A stretch of DNA of 49,826 bases from Actinomycetota bacterium (GTDB lineage Bacteria; Actinomycetota; Acidimicrobiia; Acidimicrobiales; Ilumatobacteraceae), in assembly GCA_043755475.1 (NCBI GenBank), contig JAYUSX010000439.1, positions 1-49,826 on the forward strand, in the 5' to 3' direction. The notes under the pieces are model-generated. The model did not search any database and was not told where the DNA came from. It saw only the letters and a program-made list of their open reading frames with translations. The translations under genes were made by a program, and so were the position numbers. Positions 44,826 to 49,826 of this stretch are shown one piece after another (position 1 is the first letter of the stretch; every line of letters begins with the position of its first letter).

Positions 44826-45026
44826 ATGAGCGCCCGGAACTACGTCTTTCCGCAGGTGGGCGACGACTTCGCCACCATCGCGACGAGAGAGTTGCCGGGC
44901 GTGGAGGGAGCGGATCAGCAGCTCCTGTCGTGGAACCTGCACCTCGCCGCTCGGGCAGGTCTCGGACGTGCGGTCGGACTCCTGCCCAGCGACATCGTCT
45001 TCATCGAACCGCCGAGGGCTCGATGA
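44826..45026 (+). CDS. Small hypothetical protein (possible LysM-like fold)
   Basis: High third-position GC. Weak resemblance to LysM/gpX-like small proteins (GDDFATIA...LLPSDIVFIEP). Confidence 0.4.
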   Translation: MSARNYVFPQVGDDFATIATRELPGVEGADQQLLSWNLHLAARAGLGRAVGLLPSDIVFIEPPRAR

Positions 45027-45042
45027 GGGGTGCGAGCCTCGG

Positions 45043-45288
45043 ATGACTGCGATCATCTCTCGCGCCTCCGTCGCCGCAGGCCACGACGGACGTGCCGAGA
45101 TCGAGGTGGAGCTCACCTACGACAATGGGGGCACCAGCACGATCTCGCTCGACGAAGAGGCGTGCACCGCGTCGCTCGATCGTGCCGGCATCGGCTCGAT
45201 CGACGAGCTCGTCGGACAGCCGTGGAGCATCGTGCTCCCGGCGCTCGACCGTCGACAAGCGCACCACACGGCCGACCGCCACACATGA
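45043..45288 (+). CDS. Small hypothetical protein
   Basis: High third-position GC and natural composition. No recognised family. Confidence 0.4.
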   Translation: MTAIISRASVAAGHDGRAEIEVELTYDNGGTSTISLDEEACTASLDRAGIGSIDELVGQPWSIVLPALDRRQAHHTADRHT

Positions 45289-45347
45289 ATGCCACACCTG
45301 AATGCCCCACCTGAACGCCAAACCGACCGCCAAACCGAACGCCAAAG
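45274..45347 (+). repeat. Six tandem 11-13-nt units (TGAAYGCCMMACC-like), C/A-rich, in the leader of the D-aminoacylase gene
   Basis: Units start at 45274, 45286, 45299, 45312, 45325 and 45337. The three 13-nt units place TGA in all three frames. Confidence 0.8.
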
Positions 45348-45369
45348 TCTGAACACTGTGAGGGAAACC

Positions 45370-47052
45370 ATGCTCGATCTCGTCATCCGTAACGGCCTCA
45401 TCGTCGACGGGTCGGGTCTGCCCGGCCGCCGTGGCGACGTGTCGGTCCTCGACGGCAAGGTGGTCGCCGTCGGCGGCCGCGCCGGCGCAGCGCGGCGCGA
45501 GATCGATGCGTCCGGCAAGGTGGTCGCGCCGGGCTTCATCGATCCGCACACGCACTACGACGCACAGCTGTGCTTCGACCCGTTCGCGTTCCCGGCAATC
45601 GAACACGGTGTCACCACCGTCGTGCCCGGGAACTGCTCGCTGTCGCTCGCACCGCTGCGCACCGACCAACGCGATGCCTTCAGCCGCATGTTCCGACTGA
45701 TCGAGGAGATGCCCGAGGCAGCATTCGACGCCGGTGTGGACTGGCGATGGGGTGAGGGGTTCGGCGAATGGGTCGACGCGCTCGCAGAGAACATCGCGCT
45801 CAACGTCGCCCCACTGGTCGGACACTCGGTGCTGCGGATGTACGTGATGGGCGCAGAGGCACAGCAACGGATCGCCACGAGCGACGAGATCGCGGCCATG
45901 GCCGACCTGCTGCGCGTGTGTCTCGATGCCGGAGCCGTCGGGATGTCGACCAGCTTCGTCGACATCGACGAGACCTATCGCCCCGTGCCCAGCCGGTGGG
46001 CCGGCCCCGAAGAGCTCGATGCGCTTGCCGCGGTGCTGGGTGAGTACGACCGCGTGCTGCAGATCGTCCACGAGTTCTTCGATGCCGACCTCACCGTTGC
46101 CCGCGTGGAACAGCTTGCCGAGCTGTCGCTGCGCCATGGCATCACCACCACGTTGTCGCCGCTGTTCCAATCCGACGCCAACGGCCACGGCGTCCTCAAG
46201 GTGATGGCGGCTGTGGAGGCCGCTCGTGCGCGCGGTGCGGCGGTGTGGCCCCAGGTGCAGACACGGCCGATCGACATCAGCTTCACGCTCGATCAGCGGA
46301 GCCTCATGCTGCTCACCATGCCGTCGTGGTGGAAGGTCGCCTCGATCGGCAGCCACGCCGAGAAGCTGGCCGCGGTGACCGATCAGCGAGACGCGCTCGT
46401 CGCAGAGATGAACGCCCTCGACCAGCGACCGAACGCTGGTCTCGGTGCCGGGGGTTTCGTGGTTCGCGAGGTGGTGAACGAGCGGAACCGCAGCTTCGTC
46501 GGCCGATCGATCGATGACATCTCCCGACAGCTCGGTACCAGCTACGGCGACACGGTGGTCGACCTCGCCCTCGACGAGGAGCTCGGAACGTGGTTCATCC
46601 GCGAGTCGGTCGGCCACAACAACTCCACCGTCGTCGGCGAGTTGCTGGCGAACCCACTCGTCCACCTCGGCGCATCCGACGGAGGCGCACACGTGGGCTC
46701 GTTCTCGACGTTCGGCGACACCGGCTATCTGTTCTCCGAGTTCGTGCGGAACACGAAGTCGCTCAGCATCGAGGCTGCGGTCAAGAAGATCACGCTCGAT
46801 CCAGCCACCATCTGGGGACTCGCAGGCCGCGGCCTGTTGGCACCCGGGTACGCCGCCGACGTCGTCGTGTTCGACGCCGACCTCATCGGCCGTGGGCCGG
46901 AGGTCGCATCGACCGACTTCCCGGGCAACGGCATCCGCTGGATCCGCCGCCAGGAAGGCATCGACACGGTGATCGTGAACGGCGAGGTCACCTGGACCGC
47001 CGCGGACGGCTACATCGAGAACGCCCGCGCCGGCCAGATCGTCACCCGCTGA
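45370..47052 (+). CDS. N-acyl-D-amino-acid deacylase (D-aminoacylase) family amidohydrolase
   Basis: MLDLVIRNGLIVDGSG...APGFIDPHTHYD is a typical N-terminus of this family. Confidence 0.88.
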   Translation: MLDLVIRNGLIVDGSGLPGRRGDVSVLDGKVVAVGGRAGAARREIDASGKVVAPGFIDPHTHYDAQLCFDPFAFPAIEHGVTTVVPGNCSLSLAPLRTDQRDAFSRMFRLIEEMPEAAFDAGVDWRWGEGFGEWVDALAENIALNVAPLVGHSVLRMYVMGAEAQQRIATSDEIAAMADLLRVCLDAGAVGMSTSFVDIDETYRPVPSRWAGPEELDALAAVLGEYDRVLQIVHEFFDADLTVARVEQLAELSLRHGITTTLSPLFQSDANGHGVLKVMAAVEAARARGAAVWPQVQTRPIDISFTLDQRSLMLLTMPSWWKVASIGSHAEKLAAVTDQRDALVAEMNALDQRPNAGLGAGGFVVREVVNERNRSFVGRSIDDISRQLGTSYGDTVVDLALDEELGTWFIRESVGHNNSTVVGELLANPLVHLGASDGGAHVGSFSTFGDTGYLFSEFVRNTKSLSIEAAVKKITLDPATIWGLAGRGLLAPGYAADVVVFDADLIGRGPEVASTDFPGNGIRWIRRQEGIDTVIVNGEVTWTAADGYIENARAGQIVTR

Positions 47053-47062
47053 CCTGGTACCA

Positions 47063-47091
47063 CCCTTGGGCCGGTCGTCGACGACCGAGGG
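47063..47091. terminator. Palindromic hairpin (CGGTCGTCGACGACCG core, flanked by CCCT/AGGG) between convergent genes
   Basis: Read directly from the sequence. Lies between the stops at 47052 and 47106. Confidence 0.4.
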
Positions 47092-47105
47092 AGAACCTCG
47101 TGTCG

Positions 47106-48476
47106 TCAGGCGCCGATGCGGATGAGCTTCTTGTTGACGAACTCGTCGGCGCCCCACCGGCCGAGCTCGCGACCCGAGCCAGAGCGCTTCACGCCACCGA
47201 AGGGCAACTCGGGGCTGTCGGCGCCGACGATGTTCACGTAGACCATCCCGGCCTGGATCGCATCGGCAACGCGGGCCGCTTGTTCCGGGTCGGTGGTGAA
47301 CAGGTACGAGCCAAGCCCGAACGGCGTGTCGTTGGCCATCTCGATCGCCTCGCTCTCGCTGCTCACCTTGTGGATCATCGCGACAGGGCCGAACAGCTCC
47401 TCGTTGTACGACGGGTTGTCGCGCGTGATGTTGGTGAGCACACCCGGCGGGAAGAAGGCGCCGGAGCGCTCACCGGCCGAGACCAGGGTCGCTCCCCCGG
47501 CCACCGCTGCATCGACCTGCTCGCTCAACCGGTCGGCCGCGGCCAGCGATGACAGCGGCCCGATGGCGATGTCGGCATCGGTGGGCGCACCGACCTTGGT
47601 GGCCAGCAACGCCGCGGTGAACTTCTGGACGAACTCGTCGTAGAGGTGGTCCATCACGATGAACCGCTTGGCGGCGTTGCACGCCTGACCACAGTTGTCG
47701 ACCCTGGCCATCACCGCCGACTCGACGGTGGCGTCGAGATCGTCGGTCGACAGCAGGATGAACGGGTCGGAGCCGCCCAGCTCGAGGACGACCTTCTTCA
47801 GGTGACGGCCGGCGATCTCGGCGACGGCCGCGCCGGCCCGCTCGGAACCGGTGAGCGAGACGCCCTGCAGGATCGGGTTGGCGATGATGTCGGCGACCTG
47901 GTCGTTGGATGCGTAGATGTTGGTGTACGCACCGACGGGGAAACCGGCATCGAGGTAGATCTGCTCGATCGCCGCGGCAGATTCGGGGCACTGGGGGGCG
48001 TGCTTCAGCAACACCGGGTTGCCGATCAGCAGGTTCGGGCCCGCGAATCGAGCGACCTGGTAGTACGGGAAGTTCCAGGGCATGATGCCGAGCAGCACGC
48101 CGAGCGAGCTCTTGCGCACGATCGCCGACCCCTCGCCGCCCATCAAGGTGATCGGTTCGTCGGCGAGGAACTCAGCGGCGTTGTCGGCATAGAACTGGTA
48201 GATCGCGGCGCTGAAGTTGATCTCGCCGATCGCATCTCCGATCGGCTTACCCATCTCGCGGGCGATGATCGCCGCGAGCGCGTCCTGGCGCTCGACGTGC
48301 AGTTCCGCGACGCGAGACACCAACGCTGCCCGCTCGGCCACCGAGGAGGTCCGCGACCATGTGCGATGTGTGTCGTTCGCTCGAACGATGGCCGCAGCGA
48401 GTGCGTCGTTCGCAATGGTCGGGTAGGTCTGGACGGTTTCTCCGGTGGCGGGATCCACCACTGCGTAGCCACTCAC
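47106..48476 (-). CDS. NAD(P)-dependent aldehyde dehydrogenase (succinate-semialdehyde dehydrogenase-like)
   Basis: ALDH motifs LELGGSDP and EELFGPV. Length is typical of the Sad/GabD-like clade. Confidence 0.9.
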   Translation of the reverse strand: MSGYAVVDPATGETVQTYPTIANDALAAAIVRANDTHRTWSRTSSVAERAALVSRVAELHVERQDALAAIIAREMGKPIGDAIGEINFSAAIYQFYADNAAEFLADEPITLMGGEGSAIVRKSSLGVLLGIMPWNFPYYQVARFAGPNLLIGNPVLLKHAPQCPESAAAIEQIYLDAGFPVGAYTNIYASNDQVADIIANPILQGVSLTGSERAGAAVAEIAGRHLKKVVLELGGSDPFILLSTDDLDATVESAVMARVDNCGQACNAAKRFIVMDHLYDEFVQKFTAALLATKVGAPTDADIAIGPLSSLAAADRLSEQVDAAVAGGATLVSAGERSGAFFPPGVLTNITRDNPSYNEELFGPVAMIHKVSSESEAIEMANDTPFGLGSYLFTTDPEQAARVADAIQAGMVYVNIVGADSPELPFGGVKRSGSGRELGRWGADEFVNKKLIRIGA

Positions 48477-48661
48477 GACGGTCTCATCCTTTGATGCTCA
48501 GCGTCCGAGTCGGACGCGCTCGGCACTCACCGTACCGTGCCCAGGACGGCCGTGACGCCGCCCGTGACGACGTCAGCGCTCGACCGACGAACGTGTCGGG
48601 CCGTCATCGAGGATCGGCGCGTGCCGACTCGTCGTCGCCCGTCTGGACTTGTCACGCTGAC

Positions 48662-49657
48662 ATGGTGACAACACATCACCTCCCCGCGGGATCGCACTCA
48701 CATGTCGTGCGCGTCGGCGATCACCGCATCCATTGCGTCGAAGCCGGCGACGGTCCGCTGGTGCTGCTCGTCCACGGCTTTCCCGAGTCGTGGTACTCGT
48801 GGCGGCACCAGATCCCCGCGCTCGCCGCGGCCGGGTACCGAACCGTGGCCATCGACGTGCGGGGCTACGGCCGCTCGTCGAAGCCGCTGGCGGTCGACGA
48901 CTATCGCATGGTTCGCCTGGTTGCCGACAACGTCGGTCTCGTGTCGGCCCTCGGCGCCGAGACAGCGACGATCATCGGTCACGACTGGGGCGCGCCGATC
49001 GCCTGGAACTCGGCGATGTTGCGACCGGACGTGTTCACGGCTGTCGCTGGACTGTCGGTCCCGTTCGCTCCACCGTCGGACGTGCGGCCTCTGGCGGCGA
49101 TGCGCGCGATGGCCGGCGACGAGGAGTTCTACATCGAGTACTTCCAGGAGCCGGGTCGCGCCGAGGCAGAGATCGAGGCAGATGTGCGCGACTGGTTGCT
49201 CGGCTTCATGTTCAGTGGCTCCGGAGATGCCCCGCTCCCCGATCCGTCGAAGGGCACCATCGCCACCATCCCACGCGGTGCGCTGATGAAGGACCGATTC
49301 AGTCGCCCGGACGTACTGCCGCCCTGGCTCACCGAGGAGGATCTCGACGTCTACACCGATGAGTTCGAACACAGCGGTCTTCGCGGTCCGCTCAATCGCT
49401 ATCGGAACGTCGATCGCGACTTCGAGGACCTCGCGGCGTTCCGAGGGGCGCGGATCGACGTCCCGGCGCTGTTCATCGGCGGCGACCGCGATGGTCCCAC
49501 GGTGTGGGGCGCTCCGGCCATCGCCGCGTTCGATCGCACCCTGCCTCGGCTGCACAGGTCGATCGTCCTCGACGGCTGTGGGCACTGGACCCAACAGGAG
49601 CGCCCGGGCCAGGTGAACGAGGCGCTCGTCGACTTCCTCGGCAGCCTGTCGGATTGA
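48662..49657 (+). CDS. Alpha/beta hydrolase, epoxide hydrolase-like
   Basis: HGFPESWYSWRHQ, GHDWGAP (nucleophile Asp) and a C-terminal GHW. Confidence 0.9.
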   Translation: MVTTHHLPAGSHSHVVRVGDHRIHCVEAGDGPLVLLVHGFPESWYSWRHQIPALAAAGYRTVAIDVRGYGRSSKPLAVDDYRMVRLVADNVGLVSALGAETATIIGHDWGAPIAWNSAMLRPDVFTAVAGLSVPFAPPSDVRPLAAMRAMAGDEEFYIEYFQEPGRAEAEIEADVRDWLLGFMFSGSGDAPLPDPSKGTIATIPRGALMKDRFSRPDVLPPWLTEEDLDVYTDEFEHSGLRGPLNRYRNVDRDFEDLAAFRGARIDVPALFIGGDRDGPTVWGAPAIAAFDRTLPRLHRSIVLDGCGHWTQQERPGQVNEALVDFLGSLSD

Positions 49658-49826
49658 CCACACTCGCCACATCAGACGGATCTCGGATCGACGATGCCCA
49701 GAACATCGCGGTCGTCGGCGGCGGCATGGCGGGCATGCTCGCCGCATTGGTGCTGGCCCGCGACGGTCACCGCGTCACGGTCTACGAATGCGACGACACC
49801 GACGTTCCGGAAAGCGCTGACGAAGC
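49654..49826 (+). CDS. FAD-dependent oxidoreductase/monooxygenase, N-terminal fragment (runs off the window)
   Basis: Dinucleotide-binding motif IAVVGGGMAGMLAALVLARDGHRVTVYE. Putative TTG start overlaps the upstream stop (TTGA). Confidence 0.5.
   Translation, partial: MTTLATSDGSRIDDAQNIAVVGGGMAGMLAALVLARDGHRVTVYECDDTDVPESADE

Noticed and set aside
44826-45026. Prophage remnant inferred from a gpX/LysM-like small protein.
   Set aside because: The resemblance is weak, and no other phage, integrase or att-like features occur anywhere in the window.

Overview
This is a high-G+C, Actinomycetota-like chromosomal segment with about 37 protein-coding genes. I found no rRNA, tRNA, CRISPR array, transposase or integrase. 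Many long antisense or off-frame ORFs in the track are high-GC artefacts; I kept only the frames with recognisable motifs or natural composition.

Gene content, left to right:
- 3' end of an NRPS termination module (C-A-T-TE)
- an acidic hypothetical protein and an AlaX-type tRNA editing protein
- a translationally coupled pair of unknown function: a 900-aa protein with an N-terminal zinc ribbon, then a membrane protein with a J-like domain
- an MFS transporter fused to a cNMP-binding domain
- a dense catabolic cluster at 10.6-21.3 kb: PuuD-like gamma-glutamyl hydrolase, acyl-CoA dehydrogenase, family III CoA-transferase, three P450s, a TTC38-like TPR protein, a Zn-ADH and a glutamine-synthetase-like ligase
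- class I FBP aldolase, a GGDEF cyclase, DUF1345, an MFS transporter, an arylsulfatase and an SDR
- an S8 protease with a Trp-rich pentapeptide tail
- a TlpA-like thioredoxin-fold lipoprotein interrupted by one in-frame TGA
- GDPD and a PhyH remnant
- two divergent agmatine/peptidyl-arginine deiminase paralogs, then TetR
- an adjacent B/A type IIA topoisomerase pair
- DUF808, DUF1971 and a methyltransferase
- a serine hydrolase, two small ORFs, a D-aminoacylase, an ALDH, an epoxide hydrolase and the start of an FAD enzyme

Most interesting observations:
1. A candidate selenoprotein. The TGA sits exactly at the first Cys of the CxxC motif and is followed by a hairpin capped with a GGUC tetraloop.
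2. A gamma-glutamylation plus P450 cluster that suggests an ipu/puu-like amine catabolic route.
3. An uncharacterised zinc-ribbon / J-like gene pair.
4. A second, divergent type IIA topoisomerase.
5. A family of REP-like palindromes at convergent gene junctions.
6. Several short tandem-repeat arrays in intergenic leaders.
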